The notes below the pieces were generated by a model that was given only the letters and a program-made list of their open reading frames with translations, was not told the origin of the DNA and did no database searches. Source: Pseudomaricurvus sp. (GTDB taxonomy: Bacteria > Pseudomonadota > Gammaproteobacteria > Pseudomonadales > Cellvibrionaceae). Taken from it: DNA of 64,000 bases. The position numbers and the translations under genes were made by a program. This document shows positions 51,334 to 61,419 of this stretch, piece after piece (the stretch's first letter is position 1; the number at the start of each line of letters is the position of its first letter). The stretch is taken from positions 7,924-71,923 of the forward strand of contig CBFHKY010000017.1 in the NCBI GenBank assembly GCA_965656525.1, in the 5' to 3' direction.

Positions 51334-52530
51334 TTATTGTGAGCGGTGCTCGCGAAACTTTTGCAAACGCTCTTGAGTAGGCGGGTGTGACGACAAATAA
51401 CCACTGATATTCTTCACCCCACTGTCTTCACCATCGGGTATTTTATCAGCACCAGATAACGAGGAATCACTGCTTGCCAGCTCTCGGTAACACTCAAGCC
51501 CGGCCTTTGAACCCCGACCTTCACTTTCTGTATTGGGTGTTTCAGAGCGCGACCAAGAGGCATATGTACATTCTGAAGACAGCTCTAGCCGACTCATCAA
51601 TGCCACAAAATTGGAAGGCGAGATATCGGCACTCGTTAAATATTGCAGCGCAAAATCATCTGCCTGACGCTCAAAGCCCCGCGAGTGTGACAACTCCAGC
51701 AGAACGACCGGTGCGGTTAAAAACCAGCTGGACGAAGCCGAAACATCTCCGGTAAATACCAGCAACACCCCAGCCATCAGAGAGCTTCGTACCATAGCTT
51801 GCAGGCTGTGCTTTTCAGCCACATGGCCGACTTCGTGTGCCAATACGGCCAATAACTCATCGTCATGACGAGATAGCGCCACCATCTGATCTGTAAATAT
51901 CAGAGTGCCATCGGGCAGCGCGAAAGCGTTAGCACCAATAGGCCCGCCATCGCGAAACAACACTTTTATTGTCAATTCAGGATAACGGCTCAGCAACGAT
52001 TGAAAATGTGTTTGGATTCTCTGCTGTTCAGAATTCGATAGCTGTGAGGGCTTGAAGAATTGCTCATTCAGTGTCGATAGCGTGTGCTCACTGATCACTT
52101 CAGCCACCTTATCCGGCAGCATAAAAGCCACTGGTTTTGCCAAAGCCGGCACACCATACACGACAAGTGCCCACACCAACGCCGCCACAGAAATCAAAGA
52201 CAGCGCCACAAAGTGCCAGTGGGATTCCAGCTTATGCACCCACATGTCCCATACAGAGCCATGCCACTGACTGACCCACTGATCCAACTGCTCGTTATCG
52301 CGTGTTTCGAATTTCCCACCATCGCTAAAATCGATACAGCGCGGTGTTTGCCCTAACCGTGGCGACACCTTTAGCTCAGTAAATAACTGCTTGCAGACTT
52401 TTTGGCCCGCCACATAGATCCGAGCGCAACCCTCATCATCCACATTGAGAGTTGCACCTCGTGCCTGAGACGTTTTGCCGTCGAAATATTGCCCACTGAT
52501 ACTGTTGCCACGAAAAGAACGGCCGCTCAT
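51334..52530 (-). CDS. M48 family zinc metalloprotease (YjgN partner)
   Basis: GQYFDGKTS N-terminal domain, TM, ANAFALPDG, HEVGH, FERQAD, SSHPPT. Confidence 0.9.
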   Translation of the reverse strand: MSGRSFRGNSISGQYFDGKTSQARGATLNVDDEGCARIYVAGQKVCKQLFTELKVSPRLGQTPRCIDFSDGGKFETRDNEQLDQWVSQWHGSVWDMWVHKLESHWHFVALSLISVAALVWALVVYGVPALAKPVAFMLPDKVAEVISEHTLSTLNEQFFKPSQLSNSEQQRIQTHFQSLLSRYPELTIKVLFRDGGPIGANAFALPDGTLIFTDQMVALSRHDDELLAVLAHEVGHVAEKHSLQAMVRSSLMAGVLLVFTGDVSASSSWFLTAPVVLLELSHSRGFERQADDFALQYLTSADISPSNFVALMSRLELSSECTYASWSRSETPNTESEGRGSKAGLECYRELASSDSSLSGADKIPDGEDSGVKNISGYLSSHPPTQERLQKFREHRSQ

Positions 52531-52544
52531 ATTGTTGTCATACT

Positions 52545-54149
52545 TTAAAATCCAAAATCAAGATCGTACAGCTCACCCAGCTCTTCACCCAGCGCACTCA
52601 CGTGTTCGGATTCGGACGCAACAAACTGATCCATAGAAGCGGTCGCGTTAACACGCATATGATCAGCGCGATATTGGGCCGTTCTTACCAGTGCCCAAGG
52701 CCGGTAAAGCCCTAAGGTGAGTATCGTTAATAGCGTATTCACGAATACTAACTTGCCGTAAGACACCAAGGCATAATTGGCTTCTAGCTGGAAGCCATCA
52801 ATACTTGCATTGTTGTACACCAAATTATTCATTCTCACTTGGTAGTACACCAGCGGAAACAAATAAACGATACCCATGATCAGGTAAGTACTAATCAATA
52901 TAGGAACCATAGCCCCCGCCCATAGCTCTGGATTATCTTGAGCACTACTCAACATGCCCATCGACACACCAAAAAGAGCCATAACCAGCACCAGTAAACC
53001 AATGGCTAAGGCAAAAGCGATCACAGAAAAGAAAACCAATTTGCCCCATAAGCGATAAAAATCGTGTGATGTCACGTCCAGTTCAAAGCAACTGGTGCCG
53101 TACAAGGAATTATCGATGAAGAAGCGCTTTTGTTGGTACAAGAAAAAGGGCACACCCACACCAAAAACGATCAAGATAGGCAGCAGCATTAACCAAAACC
53201 ATGATGTTGCAGCCACTACCCCACCACCAACCGCAAAGGTTAAACCAAATAAAATGGGTATACCGGCAAAAATCAGTGCTGACTCTTTAAATGTGCCTTC
53301 AAAGTTAAAGCGCACGCTTCGGTAGGCGCTGTTACGAGCATTAAACATCAATGATCGCTGTACAAAAAAGGGAGACGCCAAGAGCACAATCCCCAATGCC
53401 ATCAACGACACCCACCAAATAGGCACGTTACTCATTAAGGAATACCCAATAAACAATGCCACCGCGATCACTCGCCCCTTAAGAATGGCAATGGGGCTGG
53501 CTAGGTAAGAAAATGTGGAACCATCCAGTTCGGTGTTTCCGTAAAAATATTGCTTGTTACGGACCTTAGCCCACGCCGAATAAATGCCGAGTGTCACCAC
53601 TGACAAAAGAATATTAACAATCCAGATGCGAAAATATTCGCTGCCACTGCCATGAAAAAGAAATGGCAGTGTGCGCTCAGACTCTTCTGATCGATGACTG
53701 GCCGGCGGAACTGTTGGTCTTGCTGGCGAAACAGTGTCCTGCTTAGCCATCGACACTTCTTGGGGTGAAACTTGCGGGGCAATGGCTTGAACGCCAGCTG
53801 TCGCGGTCTGAGTAACATCCACCTCAGAACTCTTATCGGAAGACGTGACAGAAGGGATAGGAGATACGGTTTCAATAACCCCTAGCGCGCCAAGCTGTTC
53901 TAATTGACGCTGATAATGACGAGCGGCGACCTCATCAAGGTTGGATTTGAGTGTGATTTTACTGGCCAAAAAGATCTGTTCGACCCTTTCCGGGCTCAAT
54001 TTAAAAGCTTTAGTGAAGTTCTGTTTCACACGCTCGGGGGAAGCACCAGACAATACCTCACCATAAAAGACAACTTTATAGCGTACTTTTTTTCTAGCTT
54101 CCGTTTTTTCCGGCTGCTCACCCTTCGATGACATCATCATATGATCCAT
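52545..54149 (-). CDS. YjgN (DUF898) membrane protein with an extra N-terminal soluble domain
   Basis: FHGSGSEYFRIWIVNILLSVVTLGIYSAWAKVR, TLGLYRPWA, ALGEE...DLDFGF. Confidence 0.88.
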   Translation of the reverse strand: MDHMMMSSKGEQPEKTEARKKVRYKVVFYGEVLSGASPERVKQNFTKAFKLSPERVEQIFLASKITLKSNLDEVAARHYQRQLEQLGALGVIETVSPIPSVTSSDKSSEVDVTQTATAGVQAIAPQVSPQEVSMAKQDTVSPARPTVPPASHRSEESERTLPFLFHGSGSEYFRIWIVNILLSVVTLGIYSAWAKVRNKQYFYGNTELDGSTFSYLASPIAILKGRVIAVALFIGYSLMSNVPIWWVSLMALGIVLLASPFFVQRSLMFNARNSAYRSVRFNFEGTFKESALIFAGIPILFGLTFAVGGGVVAATSWFWLMLLPILIVFGVGVPFFLYQQKRFFIDNSLYGTSCFELDVTSHDFYRLWGKLVFFSVIAFALAIGLLVLVMALFGVSMGMLSSAQDNPELWAGAMVPILISTYLIMGIVYLFPLVYYQVRMNNLVYNNASIDGFQLEANYALVSYGKLVFVNTLLTILTLGLYRPWALVRTAQYRADHMRVNATASMDQFVASESEHVSALGEELGELYDLDFGF

Positions 54150-54392
54150 TTCCTCTGCAGTGCATTCCTTTGATTAACCCTTGGCGAAGGGCAACCGGAC
54201 AAGCATACCGCAGCTTTACCTTAAGACCAAAGCCCAGACACAGAAAACGAACTCATGACTTCCTTATGTGGATACCAAGTGTGCAAAAAATCATGCACAC
54301 GGGGCGACTCAATGGCAACATGAATACACGGGCCGGTGAGCCTAGTCGTACTCACCCTTCCCGCGCTAGTACCAAACGAATCTTACTTCTGT

Positions 54393-56234
54393 TCAATGAG
54401 CAGCAGCTGCCATATACGCTCGCCAACCGCCAAACCGAGTGATATCTTCAGCGTCTTCCACACCGTAAGGCTCACAGATAAACCCCGTTACCATCGTCCC
54501 GCTCGATGTTTTTACTTTGCCGATACCCAGCGGTGCCGGAATACCCGCTACAAAACTGCCAAATTGATCCGCCGGTACCGACCAGACTTCCACTTCCAAC
54601 GCCGCGCCGTGTGCCTCATCCATCACTAAACCGGGGCGATAAGGCGGCCCTCCGGCCAATGCATACATGCGATAGATCGGCGCGGTTGTGGTTTTTTCCT
54701 TCAATACCGCCCCGCGTTCAGTAAGCTGCCAGTTCAAAGCCAACCCCTCTAAATGCGCACCACACACCAACACATCAATCGTCATCAGTGGCTGAGTAAT
54801 GGCAACATCAGCGAAAGAGGACGCAAAACTAGACGCGCCCAATGGCAGAGAGAATTGTTTTTGGATACGACGTGCAATCGACAGTAACTGACGATCGGTA
54901 AACTTATCCCCCACCACCGACACCCCAAATGGCATCTTATTACTGGCAATTTGAGTCGGCACAGCCACGGCCGCATAATCCAGAAGGTTCATAAAGTTGG
55001 TGTAATAACCCAGCTGGCTGTTATGCAGGATCGGTTCGGCCAGCATCTCTTGAATGGTAAACGTACGTCCTGCCGTTGGCGTCAGCAGGCAATCCACCTG
55101 TGCCAATTGATCATCACAACGGGTTTTCAATGCTTTTAGGCGATACTGAGCCTTGAACAATTCACTGGCCATGGCTTTGCCGCCGGGCTCAATGATTTCG
55201 CGCACCACGGGAAACATCAGTTCTGGCGTGTCATCAATAAAAGGCTGCGTGGCGATATAGCGCTCGGTCACCCACGGCCCCTCATACAACAGTTTGGCGG
55301 CTTCATCAAATGGGGCGTAGTCCACTTCGACAAACTCAAAACCCTCTCCCGCTAAGGAATTTAGCGTACTTTGGTAAGCTTGAGCATAGGCCTCATCACC
55401 AAAGAACTCTAACTGTGAAGGTGGAATCACACCCACTTTCAAAGGCTCCGCTCTTTCACCATAATGACGGCTCCGGTTTTGAAACGGATTATGACGGCTA
55501 TAAGCATCGCTGGCATCAAAACCTTCGGCAGCCGTCAGTACAGCATTGGCATCATCGGTGTTCAGCGCAAAAATAGTGATGCAATCTAAACTGCGACACG
55601 CCGGCAACATACCGGTGGCCGACAATAAACCAATGGAGGGCTTCACCCCCACCAAGTTATTAAAACACGCGGGAATTCGCCCCGAACCAGCGGTATCCGT
55701 ACCCAGGCTGAAGCTGGCCAAGCCCAGTGCTACCGCAACCGATGACCCCGAGCTAGAACCACCACTGATGTATTCAGGGTTAAAAGAGTTTTTACACGCC
55801 CCCCAAGGCGAACGGGTACCATTAATACCCGTAGCAAACTGATCCAGATTGGTTTTGCCTACAGGAACCGCCCCTGCAGCCAACAAGTTCTGCACCACGG
55901 TCGCAGATGTTTCAGGAGTAAAAGCAAATTCTACACAGGCTGCTGTCGTGGGTATCCCTGCTAGGTCAATATTGTCTTTAATTGCAAACGGGATACCCCA
56001 CAAAGGGTGATCATTGATGTCTTTGTCTTTTAAAGCCGCGAGATAAGGCGATTGTTCAGCCTCCGACAACAGGTGTATCCAAATATTATAATCACTACAA
56101 CTGATCGCTTTTTCGCGAATGTCAGAAAATAAAGTTTCAGGGGTGAGGCTGCCGTCTTGATAGGCCGCACGCAAAGTGGCAATGGATACATTTTTATCAA
56201 CGCTAATGTTTTGAGTTATCGAGTGGGTCATCAT
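54393..56234 (-). CDS. atzF: Allophanate hydrolase
   Basis: FAIKDNID, GKTNLDQFATG, GGSSSGS, GTDTAGSGR; C-terminal VCGAHLEG domain. Confidence 0.95.
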   Translation of the reverse strand: MMTHSITQNISVDKNVSIATLRAAYQDGSLTPETLFSDIREKAISCSDYNIWIHLLSEAEQSPYLAALKDKDINDHPLWGIPFAIKDNIDLAGIPTTAACVEFAFTPETSATVVQNLLAAGAVPVGKTNLDQFATGINGTRSPWGACKNSFNPEYISGGSSSGSSVAVALGLASFSLGTDTAGSGRIPACFNNLVGVKPSIGLLSATGMLPACRSLDCITIFALNTDDANAVLTAAEGFDASDAYSRHNPFQNRSRHYGERAEPLKVGVIPPSQLEFFGDEAYAQAYQSTLNSLAGEGFEFVEVDYAPFDEAAKLLYEGPWVTERYIATQPFIDDTPELMFPVVREIIEPGGKAMASELFKAQYRLKALKTRCDDQLAQVDCLLTPTAGRTFTIQEMLAEPILHNSQLGYYTNFMNLLDYAAVAVPTQIASNKMPFGVSVVGDKFTDRQLLSIARRIQKQFSLPLGASSFASSFADVAITQPLMTIDVLVCGAHLEGLALNWQLTERGAVLKEKTTTAPIYRMYALAGGPPYRPGLVMDEAHGAALEVEVWSVPADQFGSFVAGIPAPLGIGKVKTSSGTMVTGFICEPYGVEDAEDITRFGGWRAYMAAAAH

Positions 56235-56295
56235 TCCATCCTACAATTCTTTAATCGGTTTGATTTCTATCGGTGTAGAAAAACAGTAAAGGCGA

Positions 56296-59200
56296 CTATT
56301 GATCTGGCTGAGCAATCACGACTAGGGCTTGCCCCGCGTGCACACGCTGCCCATCAGCCAGCAACACATGTGTGACCGTGCCCGAGGTGGTTGCTTGCAG
56401 AGGGATTTCCATTTTCATGGATTCCAATACCATCAATACCTCACCCGCTTTCACTTGGTCGCCAACACTGACGTTGGTCTGCCACACACTGCCGGATACA
56501 GAGCTGTCCATCACCGCGCTGTCCTCGGGCCAGTCCACTTCTGTACTAACGGTAACCTGCTCTTGCGCTTCAAAATTAAATTGCCCTGTGGCGTGCCACT
56601 GTGCCAGCTCTTCCTCGAAAGCGTGGTGACGAGACTGACGAAACGACTCGATGCCCTCTTCGTGCTGTTGCAGGTAGGCTTGATATTCTGAAAGGCTGAA
56701 ACTGCTGTCTTCAATGCGCAGCGGGTATTGACCCAAAGGAAATTGTTGCCGGATATCGGCCAACTCTTGATGGCTGACTTCATAAAAACGGATCTGATCA
56801 AAAAAGCGCAGTAACCAAGGCTGCTCAAACTCTTTTGTTTGACGATAACGGTTCCACATTTGCAGTGTGCGACCCACAAACTGGTAACCACCTGGGCCTT
56901 CCATGCCGTACACGCAAAGATAAGAACCACCAATCCCCACGGAGTTCTCGGCTGTCCATGTGCGCGCTGGGTTGTATTTGGTGGTCACCAAACGGTGACG
57001 TGGGTCCACTGGTGTCGCAACCGGTGCGCCCAGATACACATCGCCCAAGCCCATCACCAAGTAAGACGCATCAAACACTATTTGCTTTACATCATCGATG
57101 CTGTCGAGCCCATTAATACGGCGAATAAACTCAAGATTACTGGGGCACCAAGGTGCATTTTTACGTACCGATTGCTCGTACTTTTCAGTAGCCAGGCGAC
57201 ACGCTTCGTCATCCCAAGACAACGGGATATGCACAATTCGCGAAGGCACTCGTAGCTCATCCAGTTGCGTAATCAGGTAGCGCTCGCCTTGCTGTAGGTG
57301 CTCAATCAACCGATCACAAGACAATACCTGACTGTCGTAATGCACTTGCAACGATCGTATGCCTGGCGTCAACTCGCGGATACCTGTTTGTGTATGTTGC
57401 TGCAGCCACTGCATTAACGCATGAGCACGAAAGCGCAATTCAATATCCAGTATTTGCTCGCCGTATTCCACCAACAAAAAATGATCGCCCGCAGCACGAT
57501 AAATGACATTCACTCCAAATTCGGCTTGCGTTAGATGAGAAACAATTGGTGATATTAATGGTGCGCTCTGATAGCTTGACGCTTGCATCTGTAACTGCGT
57601 CACACGATGAATTTGATCCGCTTCCAGTTGCACGGCATCGTTCATTAACACGGGTACAAAACGAAGAGTATCGCCGGCTCGCAACTGACCGAGTTTCCAT
57701 AGGTCGGCCTGAATGACCGTTGCTGGACACACAAAACCACCTAATGAGGGGCCATCTGGGCCAAGAATCACGGGCATGTCGCCAGTGAAATCCACAGTAC
57801 CAAATGCATACGCATTGTCGTGAATGTTAGAAGGGTGTAGGCCTGCTTCGCCACCGTCTTTGCGAGCCCATTCTGGTTTCGGGCCAATCAAACGCACACC
57901 TGTGCGACTGGAGTTGTAATGCACCTCCCACGCGTGCTCAAAAAATATTGCCATATCGCTGTTAGTGAAAAAATCTGGCGCACCATGAGGCCCGTAGATC
58001 ACTCGCAGCTCCCAGTGATTTTGGATACTTGGTAACAACTCCTGAGCCAATGTTTGCGCTTCAACGGGGCTGGCAGAATCGTTCAGATGCAACACATCAC
58101 CGGTGCGTAGGGCTCGGCCATTGTGACCCCCAAACTGGCCTAAGGTGAATGTGGAGCGCGACCCTAAATACGCTGGGCATTGGACCCCACCGCGTACACA
58201 AAGATACGTTCTGGCACCTTGATCTTTAATACGGCCTAATGTCAGTGTTTGACCAGCTTTAATGTCAATCACCGTCCATGATTCAACAGGGACATCATCC
58301 ACACTGGCATCTATGGCGGCACCGGCAATCACCACTTGCGATGCGGTACTGAACAGTAATGTGGGCCCTTGCATGGTGATTTCTAAACCCGCGGCGCTTT
58401 CTTCGTTCATCAATAAGCGATTGGCTAAGCGGAAAGAATAACTATCGAACGGGCCTGACGGCGGTACCCCTACACTCCAATAACCAACACGAGAAGGAAA
58501 ATCTTGAACGGTGGTTTGTGTTCCGCCTTGCAGCACATCCATACGTGCTGGGGCAAAGGCAAAATCATTCAGGTAGCGGGTTGTCACCTGTCCTGCGATC
58601 AACGTCGTATCACAAATCAACGCTCTTAAATACGCAAGGTTGGTTTCAGTACCATAAAGCTGAGTTTCATTCAGTACACGCTGTAATTTTGCCAAGGCTT
58701 GTGTGCGATCGGCGTCGTGCACGATCACCTTGGCGAGCATGGGATCAAAATAGGGTGGAACCTCAATCCCCGACTCAATCCAGCGATCGATTCGCACACC
58801 GATGTTTTCAGACTGCGAAGTTTCGGGAAAACACACATGGCTGAGTAAGCCCGGACAAGGCTGGAAATCTCGATAGGGGTCTTCCGCATAGATGCGCACT
58901 TGCAGTGCATGCCCCTGTGGTTTTAATTGCGCTCTTTTTTCATCTAGGGCGATACATTCACCAGCCGCCAAACGCACCATCCACTCGACAAGATCGACGT
59001 CGTACACCATTTCGGTAACGCCGTGCTCAACTTGCAAACGGGTATTCACTTCTAAGAAATAAAAGTCGCTGGTATCGGCATCTACAATAAATTCTACGGT
59101 GCCAGCATTGCGATAGTTAACACTAGCCAACAACGCTTCTGCTGTTGTATGCAGTTGCTGACGTACGTTATCGGTTAAATTAGGTGCAGGGCATTCTTCA

Positions 59201-59913
59201 ACCACTTTTTGGTTGCGTCTCTGACTGGAACAGTCTCGCTCGCCAATGGCAAGGGCACCACCAGTGCCGTTACCAAACACTTGCACTTCGATATGTCGCG
59301 CACGAGCAATAAACTTTTCAATAAACACCCCGTCGTCCGCAAAGTTATTCGCTCCCAGACGTTTGACCGAATCAAAAGCACCTTCCAGCTCTGCTTGCGT
59401 GTGGCATAACTGCATACCAATGCCGCCACCGCCAGCTGTACTTTTTAACATCACGGGGTAGCCAATTGATGAGGCCGCCAAAACGGCCGCATTCAAATCA
59501 GTGAGCAGGTCAGTACCGGGTGACAGTGGCACTCCCGCATTTTGCGCTAATTCGCGCGCTTTGTGCTTTAAACCAAATACCTGCATCTGCTCAGCAGTTG
59601 GGCCAATGAACGCGATCCCCTGAGCTTCACAACGTTTTACAAATGCTGAATTTTCACTCAAAAATCCATAGCCCGGATGAATCGCTTGCGCCCCTGACTG
59701 CTTGGCAATGGCCAGTATTTTATCCACATCCAAATAAGTTAGTGCCGCCGACCCCTCCCCTAGACTGTAGGCTTCATCGGCGTGTCGAACGTGTAAACTC
59801 TCTGCATCGCTTGACGCATACACCGCGACAGTGCCGACACCCATTGAGTGAAGCGTACGAATGATTCGTGTGGCAATAGCACCACGGTTGGCAATCAAAA
59901 CTTTGCTAAACAT
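56296..59913 (-). CDS. uca: Urea/guanidine carboxylase (biotin-dependent), probably guanidine-preferring
   Basis: Biotin carboxylase (IANRG, FLEVNTRLQVEH), carboxyltransferase (HPSNIHDNAY, GGYQFVGRT), biotinyl ESMKM. Confidence 0.95.
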   Translation of the reverse strand: MFSKVLIANRGAIATRIIRTLHSMGVGTVAVYASSDAESLHVRHADEAYSLGEGSAALTYLDVDKILAIAKQSGAQAIHPGYGFLSENSAFVKRCEAQGIAFIGPTAEQMQVFGLKHKARELAQNAGVPLSPGTDLLTDLNAAVLAASSIGYPVMLKSTAGGGGIGMQLCHTQAELEGAFDSVKRLGANNFADDGVFIEKFIARARHIEVQVFGNGTGGALAIGERDCSSQRRNQKVVEECPAPNLTDNVRQQLHTTAEALLASVNYRNAGTVEFIVDADTSDFYFLEVNTRLQVEHGVTEMVYDVDLVEWMVRLAAGECIALDEKRAQLKPQGHALQVRIYAEDPYRDFQPCPGLLSHVCFPETSQSENIGVRIDRWIESGIEVPPYFDPMLAKVIVHDADRTQALAKLQRVLNETQLYGTETNLAYLRALICDTTLIAGQVTTRYLNDFAFAPARMDVLQGGTQTTVQDFPSRVGYWSVGVPPSGPFDSYSFRLANRLLMNEESAAGLEITMQGPTLLFSTASQVVIAGAAIDASVDDVPVESWTVIDIKAGQTLTLGRIKDQGARTYLCVRGGVQCPAYLGSRSTFTLGQFGGHNGRALRTGDVLHLNDSASPVEAQTLAQELLPSIQNHWELRVIYGPHGAPDFFTNSDMAIFFEHAWEVHYNSSRTGVRLIGPKPEWARKDGGEAGLHPSNIHDNAYAFGTVDFTGDMPVILGPDGPSLGGFVCPATVIQADLWKLGQLRAGDTLRFVPVLMNDAVQLEADQIHRVTQLQMQASSYQSAPLISPIVSHLTQAEFGVNVIYRAAGDHFLLVEYGEQILDIELRFRAHALMQWLQQHTQTGIRELTPGIRSLQVHYDSQVLSCDRLIEHLQQGERYLITQLDELRVPSRIVHIPLSWDDEACRLATEKYEQSVRKNAPWCPSNLEFIRRINGLDSIDDVKQIVFDASYLVMGLGDVYLGAPVATPVDPRHRLVTTKYNPARTWTAENSVGIGGSYLCVYGMEGPGGYQFVGRTLQMWNRYRQTKEFEQPWLLRFFDQIRFYEVSHQELADIRQQFPLGQYPLRIEDSSFSLSEYQAYLQQHEEGIESFRQSRHHAFEEELAQWHATGQFNFEAQEQVTVSTEVDWPEDSAVMDSSVSGSVWQTNVSVGDQVKAGEVLMVLESMKMEIPLQATTSGTVTHVLLADGQRVHAGQALVVIAQPDQ

Positions 59914-59925
59914 GATCAACCTGAG

Positions 59926-59967
59926 CTGGGTCGTCCCAGTGTCTGTTGCAACGGTGGCCGTCCACCG
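59926..59967 (-). ncRNA. Guanidine-II (mini-ykkC) riboswitch
   Basis: CGGTGG-ACGG-CCACCG, 12-nt linker, CTGGG-ACGA-CCCAG: two perfect stems with ACGR loops, 12 nt before the carboxylase ATG. Confidence 0.9.
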
Positions 59968-59996
59968 AGGTGTGTGTAAAAAACGGTGTTACAACG

Positions 59997-60665
59997 TCAA
60001 TCCCAGATGAAATATTCTACCGGTGTCGGGTTGTAACCATTACAAGGGTTGTTCAATTGTGGGCAGTTGGAAATCAATACCACGACATCCATCATGGCCC
60101 TCAGCTCGACGTATTTTCCTGGGGCAGAAATGCCGTCGGCAAAGGTTAGCTCTCCTGCAGAGGTCACTGGAACGTTCATAAAGAAATTAATATTGTGGGA
60201 AATATCACGTTTATGGATACCGTATTCCGGATGCTCAGCAATGGCCAGCATCCAACTATCGCGGCAAGCGTGCATACAACGCTTTTCGAGGTCGTAACGC
60301 ACAGTATTACTTTCCGTGGCACAGGCACCACCGAGTGTATCGTGTCGGCCGCAGGTATCCGCCACAATTTCCAACATCACATTGTTGAGGTTTGACCGAA
60401 GCTTCGACCCCGTAGTGAGATAGACGTTACCTTGCTCTCGAATGGTATCCGTTGCGCTGTAACGCTCGGCAGGATGCCCGGCTGCATAAAACAGTGTGTC
60501 TGCCGCTTGGTTTCCTTCCGTATCTAAAATACGAAAGGTCTGACCCGCATTAACAACGCCGATAAAATAGTCACCCGCGTCTACCGTTCCGCGATTCACA
60601 GCGTTCACAGGGTCAAGTGCAGAAAACTGTAAGGCGCTTTGCTCTATCGTCTTATTTTGCAACAT
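59997..60665 (-). CDS. DUF1989 urea-carboxylase-associated protein (UAAP2; carboxyguanidine deiminase subunit)
   Basis: [51 protein letters not shown]. Confidence 0.9.
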   Translation of the reverse strand: MLQNKTIEQSALQFSALDPVNAVNRGTVDAGDYFIGVVNAGQTFRILDTEGNQAADTLFYAAGHPAERYSATDTIREQGNVYLTTGSKLRSNLNNVMLEIVADTCGRHDTLGGACATESNTVRYDLEKRCMHACRDSWMLAIAEHPEYGIHKRDISHNINFFMNVPVTSAGELTFADGISAPGKYVELRAMMDVVVLISNCPQLNNPCNGYNPTPVEYFIWD

Positions 60666-60668
60666 ACA

Positions 60669-61403
60669 TCAAGCTCCCAAACCTAAATGATACAGTGCGT
60701 TATTTTGAAAGCCGCGGCTGTTTTCAGGACGAAAGTTTTTACAGAAATCATCATCGCTTACAGAATGAGCCACGCCCAGTTCCAGTTGAATGTCTTTTCT
60801 TGGGTAGTGTTCAGTTTGATCCAGTGGGTGTGGGCAAGTGTGCAACAACACCAAGGTGTCCATTTCAAACCGCAGCGTCACTTGACTGCCTGCAACAGCA
60901 CTGGATGCATCAAGCTGCATATCACCACAATCATTAACGGCAACTTTACTGAACCAATTCATATTGGCCGCCATATCGGCCGGCCCCAAACCGTACTTAA
61001 CCAACTCAACTAAAAACGCATCATTGCCATTTTGATACCAGCGGTTGTGATCATTCTGGTAATCCCGTTTCCCCCAGCGCGCTTTAATATGACTGGCGTG
61101 AGAATTACCACAAACCGTTTCATGCCAACCAAATGTGTCGTCCACAATAGACGCAAAAATTCGCCCCATATCTGAATATAAACAGTTGCCCTTACTCAGC
61201 TTAAACGTATGCTGACATTTCAGAGTATCGGGGGCATTGTAGCGCTCCAATAAGTTTTCTGGGTTGTAAAACAACATGCCTACGTTAGCACCGCCCGCTA
61301 TATCTGTTAGGCGTAAAACAGTGCCTTTGCGAACTCTTAAAGACCAGTGTGCACCAGACGATACGGTGGTGGTGTAATCCATTGAATGGATTATGTCACT
61401 CAT
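60669..61403 (-). CDS. DUF1989 urea-carboxylase-associated protein (UAAP1; carboxyguanidine deiminase subunit)
   Basis: WSLRVRKG..LRLTDIAGGANVGMLFY, ERYNAPDTLKCQ, CPHPLD; start after a GGGAG RBS. Confidence 0.9.
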   Translation of the reverse strand: MSDIIHSMDYTTTVSSGAHWSLRVRKGTVLRLTDIAGGANVGMLFYNPENLLERYNAPDTLKCQHTFKLSKGNCLYSDMGRIFASIVDDTFGWHETVCGNSHASHIKARWGKRDYQNDHNRWYQNGNDAFLVELVKYGLGPADMAANMNWFSKVAVNDCGDMQLDASSAVAGSQVTLRFEMDTLVLLHTCPHPLDQTEHYPRKDIQLELGVAHSVSDDDFCKNFRPENSRGFQNNALYHLGLGA

Positions 61404-61419
61404 AATTAACTCCCATAAA

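Noticed and set aside
54335-54356. Hairpin containing ACGA after atzF as a second guanidine-II switch
   Set aside because: Single hairpin, ACGA is not a stem-closed tetraloop, and it is far from any start codon.
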